A DNA stretch of 64,000 bases from the NCBI GenBank assembly GCA_965219445.1, contig CBDCNQ010000002.1, forward strand, positions 320,001 through 384,000. The letters are read 5' to 3'. The notes beneath the pieces were generated by a model that was not told the origin of the DNA, made no database searches, and saw only the letters and a list, made by a program, of their open reading frames with translations. Shown here one piece after another: positions 10,093-20,544 of the stretch; position 1 is the first letter of the stretch; every line of letters begins with the position of its first letter. The translations under genes and the position numbers were made by a program. The DNA is from Longimicrobiales bacterium. Lineage in GTDB: Bacteria > Gemmatimonadota > Gemmatimonadetes > Longimicrobiales > Gaopeijiaceae.

Positions 10093-10733
10093 CCGACCCG
10101 GCCTCCAAGGGCCTCGCCACCGCCGCTCATCCCAGGGCGCCAGGGTGGGTACGCCGACTGTATGACTGGGTCTTGCACTGGGCCGACACGCCCTATGGCC
10201 TCCAGGCGTTGGCCGTCCTCGCTCTCGTTGAGTCATCCGTCTTCCCCATCCCACCGGATCCGCTCCTCATCGCGCTTTGCCTCGGTGCCGCCGCTCGGGC
10301 GCTTCGTTTTGCGGCGGTCGCGACCGTCGCGTCGGTATTGGGTGGGGTGCTCGGCTATGGCATCGGCGCCCTGGTGTGGAGCTCGGCGTCCGGCTTCTTT
10401 TTCGAGTACGTTCCGGGTGTGACCCCTGAGGCGTTCGCCACGGTGCAGGGCCTCTACGATCGTTGGAACTTTTGGGCCGTTTTCGTAGCCGGACTGACCC
10501 CGATCCCCTACAAGGTTTTCACGATCTCTGCCGGTGTCTTCGTGATCAACTTTCCCGTGTTCGTATTCGCCAGCACCCTGAGCCGCGGACTCCGCTTCTT
10601 TTTCATGGCGGGCCTGATTTACCACTACGGGGAGCCGATCCGCTCGTTCATCGACCGTTATTTCAATCTCCTCACCTGGATCTTCGGCCTACTACTCGTT
10701 CTGGGCTTCGTACTGATCGAGGTCGTCCTGTAG
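10089..10733 (+). CDS. YqaA/DedA family membrane protein
   Basis: ESSVFPIPPDPLL and LTPIPYKVFTISAG motifs; TTG start overlaps the pcm stop. Confidence 0.88.
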   Translation: MTDPASKGLATAAHPRAPGWVRRLYDWVLHWADTPYGLQALAVLALVESSVFPIPPDPLLIALCLGAAARALRFAAVATVASVLGGVLGYGIGALVWSSASGFFFEYVPGVTPEAFATVQGLYDRWNFWAVFVAGLTPIPYKVFTISAGVFVINFPVFVFASTLSRGLRFFFMAGLIYHYGEPIRSFIDRYFNLLTWIFGLLLVLGFVLIEVVL

Positions 10734-10839
10734 TCTAGAAATACATCTGTTTACGCTTTCCTAGAGCACCCCTATATTGCAACAGTCGGTCTCGATTCCG
10801 ATCCCGCCAGCGGGAGCAAATAAAGGGCGCGGTGCTAAA

Positions 10840-11163
10840 ATGATTCCGGAAGACGCATTCATCTCCCCGGACGATCCGATGATCCCGGACGAGTTCCGGG
10901 AGGCACTCATCTCTCCTGAAGAGCCGCTCACGCCGCGAGAGGAGGAAAGTGGCGTCGCGGTCGGTATGGACGGGTCCACTCAGCGTGAGGTGGCGGCCGC
11001 CGACGTAAGCCTCCACCCCGAGAGAGTGGCGGACATCCTCGAGTCCGTGTCGGCCGATCTCAGAGAGAACGGGATCATTGGTCTTCAAGGCGAAGGGGGA
11101 GCGTCCACGTTCGAAGAGGACCTGAAGTCCCACTTGGCGGAGTATTTTTCAAAGTACCACTGA
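10840..11163 (+). CDS. Acidic hypothetical protein
   Basis: ORF whose stop overlaps the next start; duplicated (A/L)xISP(D/E)(D/E)P motif. Confidence 0.55.
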   Translation: MIPEDAFISPDDPMIPDEFREALISPEEPLTPREEESGVAVGMDGSTQREVAAADVSLHPERVADILESVSADLRENGIIGLQGEGGASTFEEDLKSHLAEYFSKYH

Positions 11164-11948
11164 TGCGCATTCCCATTTGGGCGGCCCTGGCCCTTGTGGG
11201 CCGCCTCATGATCCCCGTCGCGGGGCACGCTCAGGAGCTGCCCGAGTGGCTTCTGGCGCTGAAGCTCCCCAACTCTGGCGCCAAGTCGATTATGACGCCC
11301 TCCGCGTGGGGAGCAGCTTACGGAGCGGTCTATCTCGGCGCCGGAGCCGCCGAACGTACACCGTACCTCACCTCCGCGGACGGCATCCTGGGGATGGGGT
11401 ACGGGTTGGGCGATCCCATTCTCACAGCTGGACTCCAGCTCGGCACGACCGTATCCGACCTGAGCGAGTTCGGCAATGTGTCGTTCTCTTTCAAGATCCA
11501 TCGGTATCTCGCTAAAGGAACGACCATCGCCCTCGGAGCGGAGAGCCTCCTTTCAAATAACGAATTCGCAGACGACGCCGGATCCACCTTCTACCTCGTG
11601 GCGAGCCATGTACTGCAGTCGCTCGGATCGAACCGCCCCGGCATCGGCCGTGTCCACGTGAGTGCCGGCGTCGGAACGGGCCGCTTCGCGAATAAGAGTG
11701 GTCGGGATTTCGCGGAGGGGAAGGGAAGCACCGGGACGATCGCCTTCGGGAACGTCGCCATTGAGGTGGTACGGGACGTCAATGTCATCGTCGAGTGGAG
11801 CGGGACGAATCTAATCGCTGGGATGAGTACGACGATGCGGCTAATGACGATGCCGATCGCATTTTCCATCGGCCTTGCCGACTTGACAGGATACAGCGGA
11901 GACGGAGCCCGCCTGGTCGCCGGTGGCGCGGTGGCCCTATCCCTTTAG
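11163..11948 (+). CDS. Secreted/outer-membrane beta-rich hypothetical protein
   Basis: Signal peptide ending AHA-Q; amphipathic beta strands. Confidence 0.6.
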   Translation: MRIPIWAALALVGRLMIPVAGHAQELPEWLLALKLPNSGAKSIMTPSAWGAAYGAVYLGAGAAERTPYLTSADGILGMGYGLGDPILTAGLQLGTTVSDLSEFGNVSFSFKIHRYLAKGTTIALGAESLLSNNEFADDAGSTFYLVASHVLQSLGSNRPGIGRVHVSAGVGTGRFANKSGRDFAEGKGSTGTIAFGNVAIEVVRDVNVIVEWSGTNLIAGMSTTMRLMTMPIAFSIGLADLTGYSGDGARLVAGGAVALSL

Positions 11949-11959
11949 GAAAACGAGCC

Positions 11960-12388
11960 ATGCGTACGATAATCACACTTGTTATGGTCACAGCAGGGTC
12001 CCTCCTCGCGGTGACCGGACCAGCTACAGGCCAAGAAGTAAACTCGGACGTGAGCATCCCCCTCCCTAGGGAGATCGTGACCACCATCCCGGCGGTCAGC
12101 GGCCTCTTCATCGGACCGGATAGGTCGCAAGACCAAATATTCCAGGGCGCTTTGGATGACGCCGAAGTGGGCGTCTTGGATGAGGCCGAGGCGAGAGAGA
12201 CGCTCGGTGACTTCATGACCTCCCTTATGGTCAGAGCCGGGATCATCGAGACCGTGAGCGAAGCCGATCGTGTGGCCGAGTCGGGCGAGAACTCCGAAGA
12301 CGGGTCTTGGCCGGCTTGGACGGGTCGGACTCCGCTGACGCTCTCGGTAAGTCGAACCGGACGATCCGAAGCGCTGCGGCGGCGCTGA
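11960..12388 (+). CDS. Secreted hypothetical protein
   Basis: AGGA RBS, signal peptide. Confidence 0.55.
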   Translation: MRTIITLVMVTAGSLLAVTGPATGQEVNSDVSIPLPREIVTTIPAVSGLFIGPDRSQDQIFQGALDDAEVGVLDEAEARETLGDFMTSLMVRAGIIETVSEADRVAESGENSEDGSWPAWTGRTPLTLSVSRTGRSEALRRR

Positions 12389-12412
12389 ACGGTTTCTGGG
12401 AGGCGACAATCA

Positions 12413-12811
12413 ATGAAGGAACTCAAGGTCGAAACTGCAACCCAGAAACTATACTGGGACAGCGAGAATGAGATCGTGTGGGGTGAACTCTTCGGAAACC
12501 AAACAACAGAGGAACTCGCCAAGGAAAATATCGACGCACAAGAGAGCGTTCGTGATGGCATGAACAAAGCGAAAACCCGTGTGCTTGTAGATATGACCGC
12601 GGTAACTGAGATATCGAAGGAGGCGCGAGATTACTTCGGTAATGAAAGAACGGCTTCCATCCAACGGGCCACGGCATTGTTGATAGCCTCACCGGTAAGC
12701 AGGGTAATCGGCAACTTCTTCATGGGCCTCAATAAGCCAATCTCGCCAACCAGATTATTTACAGATCCCGACAAAGCGGTTCAGTGGTTACATACGTTCA
12801 GCGATGAGTGA
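12413..12811 (+). CDS. Small STAS/SpoIIAA-like protein
   Basis: VLVDMTAV..ISKEARDYF...ATALLI..P.SRVIGNFF...F.D.DKA.QWL pattern; coupled to the kinase gene. Confidence 0.65.
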   Translation: MKELKVETATQKLYWDSENEIVWGELFGNQTTEELAKENIDAQESVRDGMNKAKTRVLVDMTAVTEISKEARDYFGNERTASIQRATALLIASPVSRVIGNFFMGLNKPISPTRLFTDPDKAVQWLHTFSDE

Positions 12812-13658
12812 GGAGCAACCCGATGAGCGATGGGACGCCATCCTGGGAATGCTTGAGAGTATCGCTTCTCTGGACTTCTCCCGAAGCCTTCCGATAAGTG
12901 ACGAAGCCGACAACATAGATGCTGTCGCTTCAGGCCTGAACATGCTGAGTGAGGAGCTGCACGCCAACGTGGTGGAAAGGTCGAAGCTCGAAGCAATCGT
13001 CGAGGAGCTTGAAAGGTTTGGGTCTATGATCACCGCCAACAGCGATCTCATGGCATTTGTGGATCCGGCGTTTACGCATCGGGCGGTGAACCAAGCCTAC
13101 TGCGATGAATACGGACGGACCCAAGACGAGATCCTCGGACACATCTTAGCCGAAGTGATTGGGGAGGAGGTTTTTGAACAGACGCTGAAACCCCACTTCG
13201 AACGTTGTCTTGCGGGCGAGCAGGTGGCCTTCGGATTCTGGTGGGACTCGCCGTATCGGGGCCGTCAGCACATCGATACGCAATACAACCCGTTCTTCGA
13301 GACCGATGATTCAGTGTCGGGAGTCGTGGTGCATGCGCGGGACACGACCGAGCAGAAGAGCACCGAGGACCATCTCAAACGGTCGGTCACGAAACTCGAA
13401 GCGGCGAATCAAGAGATGGAGGCGTTCGGCGACGCCCTGGCGCACGATCTGAGGAGCCCTCTGCTGATTGTCACCAACTTCAGCCATCAGCTCCTCGAAA
13501 CCCTCGGCCCCTCGCTCGATGGACAATATCAAGACGACCTCCAGCGTATTTCATCCGCGGGTCGGCACATGACGCATATCATCGATGACCTTCGCGACCT
13601 CGCTGACGTGAACCGTAGCGAGATCAGTCGAAGGGAAATCGACCTATCTGCGCAGGGG
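12804..13658 (+). pseudogene. PAS sensor histidine kinase, N-terminal half (PAS + HisKA), interrupted by IS3
   Basis: PAS/PAC domain, ALAHDLRSPL H-box; kinase similarity ends at EIDLSAQ, directly before the IS3 IR. Confidence 0.9.
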
Positions 13659-13725
13659 CAAGGTGGTCCCGGTTTTTTGGACAGGTCGTTAAGGTGGATT
13701 CCAGAGCGGAAGAGGAGGCACCGAG

Positions 13726-14013
13726 ATGGCCAGGAAGAGACGGCGGTTCACGGCGGAGTTCAAGGCACGGGTAGCGCTCGAGGCGCTGCGCGAGCGGGAC
13801 AGCGTGCAGGCGATCGCGGCGCGGCACGAGCTTCATCCGAACCAGGTGACCACATGGAAGCGGCAGCTGCTCGAAGGGCTGCCGGAGGTGTTTGCCGGGG
13901 GCGCGGGCCGCAAGGCCGCCCTGGAGCACGAGGCGAAGATCCGGGACCTGCACGCCAAGATCGGGGAGCTCACGGTCGAGCGGGATTTTTTTCGGCGCGG
14001 GCTCAAGCGCTGA
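13726..14013 (+). CDS. IS3 transposase OrfA
   Basis: RRRFTAEFKARVALEAL HTH, leucine zipper; T7 run at 13986-13992 as a probable -1 frameshift site. Confidence 0.93.
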   Translation: MARKRRRFTAEFKARVALEALRERDSVQAIAARHELHPNQVTTWKRQLLEGLPEVFAGGAGRKAALEHEAKIRDLHAKIGELTVERDFFRRGLKR

Positions 14014-14774
14014 GCCGGGCGGAGCGGGGGCGGATGATCGAGCGGGACGGACCGCTGAGTCTTTCGAGGCAGTGCGCGCTGCTGGGCGTGAGCCGGTCGT
14101 CGCAGTACTACCGGCCGAAGGGGGAGAGCGCCGAGGACCTGGCGCTCATGCGGCGCATGGACGGGCTCCACACGGCGTATCCGTTCTACGGGAGCCGGCA
14201 GCTGATGCGGCATCTGCGCCGCGAGGGCGTTGCCGCGGGCCGGCACCGGATCCGGCGGCTCATGCGCCTGATGGGGATGGAGGCGACCTACCGGCGGCCG
14301 CGCACGAGCGTGGCGAGTCCGGAGCACCGGGTCTTCCCCTATCTGCTGCGGGGCCTCACGATCTCGCGGGCGGACCACGTGTGGTGCGCGGACATCACCT
14401 ATGTCCCGGTGACGCAAGGGTTTTTCTACCTGGTGGCTGTGATGGACTGGGCGACCCGGCACGTGCTCGCCTGGCGGCTGTCGAACACGATGGACGCGTC
14501 GTTCTGCGTCCAGGCGCTGGACGACGCGCTGGGCTGGAGGGCTCCGGAGATCCTCAATACGGATCAGGGCTCCCAGTTCACCAGCGAGGCGTTCGCCGAC
14601 CGGGTGCTGGGTGCGGGCGTGCGCTTCTCGATGGACGGCCGGGGCCGCTTCCTCGACAACATCTTCATCGAGCGGCTGTGGCGGTCGCTGAAGTACGAGG
14701 CGGTGTACCTCTACGAGCTCCGGGACGGGCCCGACGCCCAACGCATCATCGGCTCGTGGATCGACTTCTACAAC
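14010..14774 (+). pseudogene. IS3 transposase OrfB, 5' part (split at DFYN)
   Basis: WCADITY, NTDQGSQF, DNIFIERLWRSLKYE DDE motifs; continues at 39065. Confidence 0.92.
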
Positions 14775-14956
14775 AAGTACAGCAGTATGATCGCGAACAT
14801 CGTCCCATGCGGTCCCATAGTATTCCGTAAAGCGTTTGATTACAATGTGATACGGCATATCAGAGCCGTGTTCACAGGCTCCCTCTTGTGCCGGGTCGTA
14901 CCGTATTGTACCATTGTGTATCCGTCGATATGTGATACACAGGTAGGATACACCAC

Positions 14957-16153
14957 ATGCGTAAACGACCCCTTACGGCCGCCTTCGTGGCGCGAGTGAA
15001 GACGCCGGGACGCTACGGCGACGGCGGGCTCGGCGGGCTCGGCCTGTACCTCCGCGTCCACCGAATGAAGTCCGGGCGCGTCTCCAAGTCCTGGGGCCAG
15101 CGCATTCGAGTGGGAGGGAAGCCGACCAATCTCGGACTGGGCTCGTACCCGGTCGTGACGCTCAGGGAGGCGAGAGAGAAGGCGCTGGAGAACAGGCGGG
15201 CAGTCCATTGGGGCCACGACCCGAGAGACGCGGGGGTTCCCACCTTCGAGGCGGCCGTCGAGAAGGTGATGGCGATCCACTCGCCGACCTGGAAGAACCC
15301 ATCCCGCATGGCCGGGCAGTGGCGGCAGACGCTGCGGGACTACGCCCATCCGCGCATCGGCCGGAAACGTGTGAGCGAGGTCGCGACGGCCGACGTGCTC
15401 GCCATCCTCAAGCCCATCTGGTCGAGCAAGCCCGCGACCGCGAGGGCCGTGCACCAGCGGATCGGCGCAGTGATGAAGTGGACCGTCGCGAAGGGCTACC
15501 GGCCGGATAACCCGGCGGGGGACGCCATCGCCGCCGCGCTGCCGCGTAACGGCAACGCCATCCGGCATCACAAGGCGCTCCCGCACGGCGAGGTGGCGGC
15601 GGCTCTGGCCAAGGTCCGCGACTCGGAGTCCCATGCCGGTGTCCGGCTGGCGCTCGAGTTCATGGTCCTGACCGCGACACGCTCGAACGAGGTCCGGGGC
15701 GCGGCGTGCGACGAGGTCGAGCTCGATGTCTGGACCATTCCCGCCGACCGCATGAAGGCGAAGCGCGAGCACCGGGTTCCCCTGTCGGGGCGGGCCTTGG
15801 AGATCCTCGAGGAAGCCCGGAAGCTCCACGGCGGCGGCGAGATCGTGTTCCGGGGCGCGAAGGGAGGAAGGATCCACGCCTCGATGTTCAGCAAGTCGCT
15901 CCGGCGTCTCGGCATCGCAGGAACGCCCCACGGGATGAGGTCCTCGTTCCACGACTGGTGCTCGGAGACGGGCGTGGCGCGCGAGGTGGCGGAGGCGGCG
16001 CTCGCACACAAGGTCCGCAGTCAGGCCGAGGCCGCCTACGCCCGCTCGGACCTGCTGGACCGCAGGCGCGAGGTCATGCAGGCTTGGGCCGGATACTTGG
16101 CTGGCGAGACTCTAGAACCGGAGGCCCCGCCGATGCAAAGATCTCTCCGCTAA
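14957..16153 (+). CDS. P4/IntS-like tyrosine integrase with N-terminal arm-binding domain
   Basis: GRYGDGG..GLYLRV, LGLGSYPVVTL arm domain; TATR, HRVPL, HGMRSSF, LAH, AAY catalytic motifs. Confidence 0.93.
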   Translation: MRKRPLTAAFVARVKTPGRYGDGGLGGLGLYLRVHRMKSGRVSKSWGQRIRVGGKPTNLGLGSYPVVTLREAREKALENRRAVHWGHDPRDAGVPTFEAAVEKVMAIHSPTWKNPSRMAGQWRQTLRDYAHPRIGRKRVSEVATADVLAILKPIWSSKPATARAVHQRIGAVMKWTVAKGYRPDNPAGDAIAAALPRNGNAIRHHKALPHGEVAAALAKVRDSESHAGVRLALEFMVLTATRSNEVRGAACDEVELDVWTIPADRMKAKREHRVPLSGRALEILEEARKLHGGGEIVFRGAKGGRIHASMFSKSLRRLGIAGTPHGMRSSFHDWCSETGVAREVAEAALAHKVRSQAEAAYARSDLLDRRREVMQAWAGYLAGETLEPEAPPMQRSLR

Positions 16154-16870
16154 CTCTTCCCCCACCTTCATCTAAGGCGCGAGTCTCAGTGCGTCGCGGC
16201 TGACGAGTTCTCCATGCCTCGACGACCAGAATGATGCCTTATCTCAGTAGACTCGTGCGACTCCAGGATAGCCTCTCTCCCCCCACTCGGCGAAAGTCAG
16301 CCCCTGAGGGTCCCACACGATACGGGGAAACTCCTTCTCCAGTCGACACGCTAACTCGGCCGCCTCGGGCACGACGAGCACGACCCTGGGACGCTCGTGG
16401 ACGGATAGCTCCTCGAGAAGATCCTTGTAGGAGCTGCCATCACTCGGGCTAAAGGAGTAACCGATGCTTATTACGATCGGATGTGATCGCAGCAATTCCA
16501 GCGCCTTCGACCGCACTCCCATCAGGAACTCCTCCCGGAGACCTTCGGCCTTCGCCGGGACGGGGGCGATGACACGTTCGGTTAGGTCTGGATTGTATCC
16601 CAAGCCACCCTCGGCGCGTATGTACGGAGAAAACAAGTCTCGCAGAGAGTGAGAATCGAACATGAACTTCGGACGGTCATACCACTTCATCAATGGGATG
16701 CCCTGCTCTGCCGCAGACTCAAAGGCATCATAGGGGCATGGCGACCGCTACCGGTACCGATCAGCAGCGAAGCAGCCCGAAGACGAAGAGGCGTTCTCCT
16801 CCGGGAACGGGTGCGCGTTCATCATTGTTCGCGCAAGGAAGCAACCCACCTATCCAAGAGGAGAACGCCG

Positions 16871-17926
16871 ATGGAGAGATATATCGGACTCGACGCACAC
16901 GCGTCGAGCTGCACGCTGGGGATCGTAGGACCCAGCGGCAAGCGCTTGGGCTCGCAGGTGGTGGAGACGAACGCGCGGGCGCTGATCGAGGTGCTGCGAG
17001 GGATTCCGAGGAACCGGCACTTGTGCCTGGAAGAAGGGACGCTGTCGGGGTGGCTGTACGAGGTGCTGGAGCCGCACGTGGAGGAGCTAACGGTGGCGGG
17101 GGTCGGCAAGAGCCGGGGCCCGAAGACCGACAAGCTGGACGCGTTTGCCCTGGCGGAGAAGCTGCGGATCGGATCACTGGAGACGAGGGTCTACAAGAAC
17201 CGGGGCCAGTTCAGGCGGCTGGGGGAACGGGCGAAGAGCTACGACTTCCTGGTCGGCGACACGGTGCGGGTGAAGAACCGGCTCAAGAGCGTGCTGCGCT
17301 CGAGAGGAGTGGCCTACGGCGCGGGGCGCTCGGTCTACTTAAAGCGCGACCGGGAGGAGTGGTTGGCCAAGCTGCCGGAAGCGAGCAGGACGACGGCCGG
17401 GTTGCTGTACGAGGAGCACGACGCACTCGTGGCATTGAGGGCGAAGGCCGAGAAGGCCTTGCTGGCGGAAGCACGCAAGCATCGAGAGTGGCATGTGCTG
17501 AAGACGTGCCCGGGTCTGGGTCCGATCCGGACGGCGGAGCTCCTGCCGGTGGTGGTGACGCCGTACCGGTTCCAGAGCCGGAGCAGGTTCTGGGCGTACT
17601 GCGGACTGGGCGTCGTGATGCGGAGCTCGTCGGACTGGGTGCGGGGTCCGGGTGGGCGGTGGGTAAGGGAACCGGTACAGCAGACGCGGGGGCTGAATCG
17701 GAACTTCAACCACACGCTGAAGCGTGTGTTCAAGGGCGCGGCGACGACGGTGATCGGTCGGGCCGAAAACGAACCCTTGTACCGCCACTACGAGCGACTC
17801 CTGGAGGGGGGCACGAAGCCGAATCTGGCGAAGCTGACGATCGCGCGTCAGCTCGCCTCGATCGTGCTAGCGGTGTGGCGCACGGGCGAAGCGTACGACC
17901 CCAAGAGACTGGAAGCGACGGAGTAA
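16871..17926 (+). CDS. IS110 family transposase/recombinase
   Basis: YIGLDAH, EEG, KTDKLDA (DEDD RuvC-like); CPGLG, YCGL..RSS C-terminal domain; GAGGAG RBS. Confidence 0.94.
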   Translation: MERYIGLDAHASSCTLGIVGPSGKRLGSQVVETNARALIEVLRGIPRNRHLCLEEGTLSGWLYEVLEPHVEELTVAGVGKSRGPKTDKLDAFALAEKLRIGSLETRVYKNRGQFRRLGERAKSYDFLVGDTVRVKNRLKSVLRSRGVAYGAGRSVYLKRDREEWLAKLPEASRTTAGLLYEEHDALVALRAKAEKALLAEARKHREWHVLKTCPGLGPIRTAELLPVVVTPYRFQSRSRFWAYCGLGVVMRSSSDWVRGPGGRWVREPVQQTRGLNRNFNHTLKRVFKGAATTVIGRAENEPLYRHYERLLEGGTKPNLAKLTIARQLASIVLAVWRTGEAYDPKRLEATE

Positions 17927-17969
17927 ACCGGGCCGGGATCGGCGAGCGTGGGGTCGAAAGCGGTCACAA

Positions 17970-18140
17970 CATGGGGTCCGACGAAACGGAAGCGAACCGG
18001 TTACAGGGGACAGCATCCATACACACCGTGGGCCGGGGCAGAGAGCCCAAGCCCCCACTCAAAGGCTATGCACCCCTGGAGAGCCGAACGAAGCGATGGG
18101 CCACAGAGTCCCAGATAGAAGGATGGTTCCCGCTCCAGAG
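17970..18140 (+). ncRNA. Putative bridge RNA/seekRNA of IS110 copy 1 (ends approximate)
   Basis: Two stem/internal-loop/hairpin units; loop segments TACACACC and TCAAAGG match the target sites, ATAGAAGG matches the element end. Confidence 0.75.
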
Positions 18141-18880
18141 CGGAGAACGCGACGGCTGTGAACGTCTTCCGGACTGCGATGCGGACCCTGCGAGCGCACC
18201 CCTCCCCACCCTGAGTCGTCGACCGGGCAATCCAAACCATGCGGACGCCGACGGTCAAAAAATGAGCCGACGGCGCGTGGGGAAGGTGCGTCTTGACCGC
18301 CAGCCCCATAGAAGGTGTGACGCAGCGTGTACACGAGAAGGCTCCCGTGAAGGTGAAGGACAAGGTTCCGAGAGTCCTGAACGTCGTCCGTCTCGGCAGT
18401 GGGTCCTCGCCCTACTTTGACGGGGACACCGTATCCGTCGAGCGGAGACCAACGCCCAGCGCGGAGCAGCCCGTATTCCAAGAAGGAATCGTAGTTGAAC
18501 GACAGGTATGAGCTCTCAGGGAAGTCATCGATCATACGGCAGTACGGGTTGCCGTGATGATTAGGATCCAGCAGCCGTCGAGCGAGGTAGTAGTCCGCCT
18601 GCATGAGTGTATCGCACAAGCGTTTGATTGGCGCCGAGTCGCGAGAGCCCAGGGCATCGGCGAGCCGATTCTCCACTTGGTCTGGAGACACGGCCTCGGA
18701 AGAGTCGGGGAAGCAGATGCTTGGGAGGTCGCCGACCAGCGGATAGCGGCAGTCGATTTCGTACTCTCCGATATAGATCGACTCGACACGGATCGAGCCG
18801 GCTAGGCGCCGCGCATCCGCGCCGAACCCGGCTCCGACTAGAAAGAGGGGTGGTGGTTCGCTCGGCGACGTAGTCGTTTC

Positions 18881-19480
18881 TTAGCAGTCCTGGTAGTTTG
18901 CTTCCATGCAGGCGCGAGCCAGGTCCGTCGCCCGGCTGATCTCCACTGGGGTCATATCACGTTCGAGGCGGTCCCGCACTTCTCCAGCTGAGTCGTGCCC
19001 ATTGGCGCTGGCGATATTGTACCACATGTGCGCGAGTGTTAGGTCCTTGAGGACGCCCAAGCCGGAGTCGTAAGCCGCCCCGAGCGCAGCCTGTGCATCG
19101 GTGTTGCCTTTTTCGGCAGCTAGGCGGTACAAGCGTAACGCTTCGGGCAAATACTTGAGGGCGCCTTCGCCCAAGGTATAGGCCTTTCCGAGGGCGGCCT
19201 GTGCGGCGGCGTTGCCCTGCTCTGCGGCCATGTGGAACCAGCGTACCGCTTCCGCACGATCCTCAGGGGCACCCTCGCCCAACCAGTAGGCGACCCCGAG
19301 ATTGTACTGTGCGTCGGCGTGGCCCTGTTCGGCGGCTTGGAGCCACCAGCGTACCGTCTCGGCACGGTCCTGGGCGACGCCTTCTCCACTCCTGTAGGCC
19401 CACCCGAGGCGGTACTGCGAACCGGCGTGGCCCTGTTCGGCGCCCATCCGGAACCAGCGCGCCGCCTCGGCATCGTCCTG
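18881..19480 (-). pseudogene. Sel1-repeat protein, 5'-truncated
   Basis: Four to five Sel1 repeats and typical AHMWYNIASANG end; the 5' end runs into integrase/mobC debris. Confidence 0.8.
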
Positions 19481-19485
19481 GCGGG

Positions 19486-19643
19486 CCGCACGGCTTCCAC
19501 TCGAGCTTTCGCGACTGGGCGGTGCAGGAGACGAGGCTGCGAGCGGCACGGCGGCGGCCGCGGTCTTGGGCCTTGGCCCACCAGTCGGCGAGTTCGGCCG
19601 GCGATACACGGGTGGCGGCTGTGACGGTGCGGTGATCGGCCAT
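19486..19643. pseudogene. Integrase fragment (+) joined to a mobC 5' fragment (-)
   Basis: PHGFHSSFRDWAVQE on +; MADHRTVTAATRVSPAELADWWAKA on -. Confidence 0.6.
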
Positions 19644-19719
19644 CAGGACGCGCCGCCGAGGGGGGAAGGGGCGCGAGCCCCGCCCGCGAACTCCGCCGGA
19701 GCGCGGGTGTCGGGGGGAT

Positions 19720-19796
19720 CGAAGGGGGGCGGAGCCATCCCTCGCCAGCCCCTGCCGGGGACCCGCGAAGCGTGGCCCCAAAGGGTAGGCTGGCTC
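19720..19796 (+). other. Putative oriT copy 1
   Basis: GCCAG-hairpin-GGCTGGCTC, 57/58 identical to 26850-26907, divergent from the mobC fragment. Confidence 0.65.
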
Positions 19797-19849
19797 CTGA
19801 CTGCTAACGGGTCATGAGCCAGCCTTCGCGCCCCCGCTCTTCAGCGCCT

Positions 19850-20262
19850 GACGGACTCGTCCGCCTGCGCTGCGAGCGCGGCGGATCAGCGGGCCGGTTC
19901 GGCCTCCGGGTCCCGACGCTCGCCCGCGAGATAGGCCGCCCAATCGTCCATGAGCCGACGCCGACGCTTGAACAGATCCGTGCGCCGATAGGCCGCCTCG
20001 ACGACCTCGCGCGGATGATCCGTCTATTCCGCCGCCCAGTCCCGGAACGACGACCGGAAGCCGTGCGGCACGGCCGGGATCTTCAGGTCCCCGAGCAGTC
20101 GCGACAGCGCCATGCCCGTGAGTGGCTTTCCGTGCACGCTCGGAAACACGAGCGGGCTTTCGTCCCCGGCCACGCGCGCTTCCTCCAGGATCTCTAGAGC
20201 ACGCCGACACAGCGGGACCCAGTGCTCACGGTTCGCCTTCGTGCGCAGGGCCGGGATTCCGT
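19850..20262 (-). pseudogene. Tyrosine integrase C-terminal fragment
   Basis: KANREHWVPL, PHGFRSSFRDWAAE*, frameshifted AAY..SDLF.RRR. Confidence 0.8.
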
Positions 20263-20544
20263 ACAACAGGAGTAGCCGTCCATGGGCCTGAGAGAGACCG
20301 TGCGTGCCGTCGCCAACTGAGAGGGCACAGTCTCACGGGTGAGTAGGCGCCGGTTGAGTCACCCGGGGAATTCTGGTATCAATACGGCGAGGAGTATTCC
20401 TACGGTGACGAGGGCCACCGAGAATAGCCAACGCAATGATCACGGCTAATACAGTCCGAACTCGATAGGAAGGCCCAGCGTGGGTCCCACGTCTCTTGAT
20501 TCCGAGGACAACCGGGTAGTGGGCACATTCCATTCATACGCCAC

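Larger units (their letters stand above)
16726..18315 (+). mobile_element. IS110-family (IS1111-type) element, copy 1, 1590 bp
   Basis: Near-identical to 52899-54488; subterminal IRs CATAGGGGCATGGCG / CGCCAGCCCCATAG; long 3' non-coding region. Confidence 0.92.
16244..18860 (-). pseudogene. SIR2-like domain protein interrupted by IS110 and lacking a start codon
   Basis: LFLVGAGF near 18820-18850, SFNYDSFLE, LHLHGSL, SIGYSFS; removing the IS gives in-frame LRHTF-ESAAEQGIPLMKWYD. Confidence 0.82.

Noticed and set aside
12804..14999. 731-aa kinase-transposase fusion protein
   Set aside because: Read-through across the IS3 left end and attL; both parts have their true continuations at ~39 kb.
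16693..18420. 575-aa and 537-aa (52863-54476) alternative-frame ORFs over IS110
   Set aside because: Low-complexity shadow ORFs of GC-rich DNA; their similarity only reflects the two IS copies.
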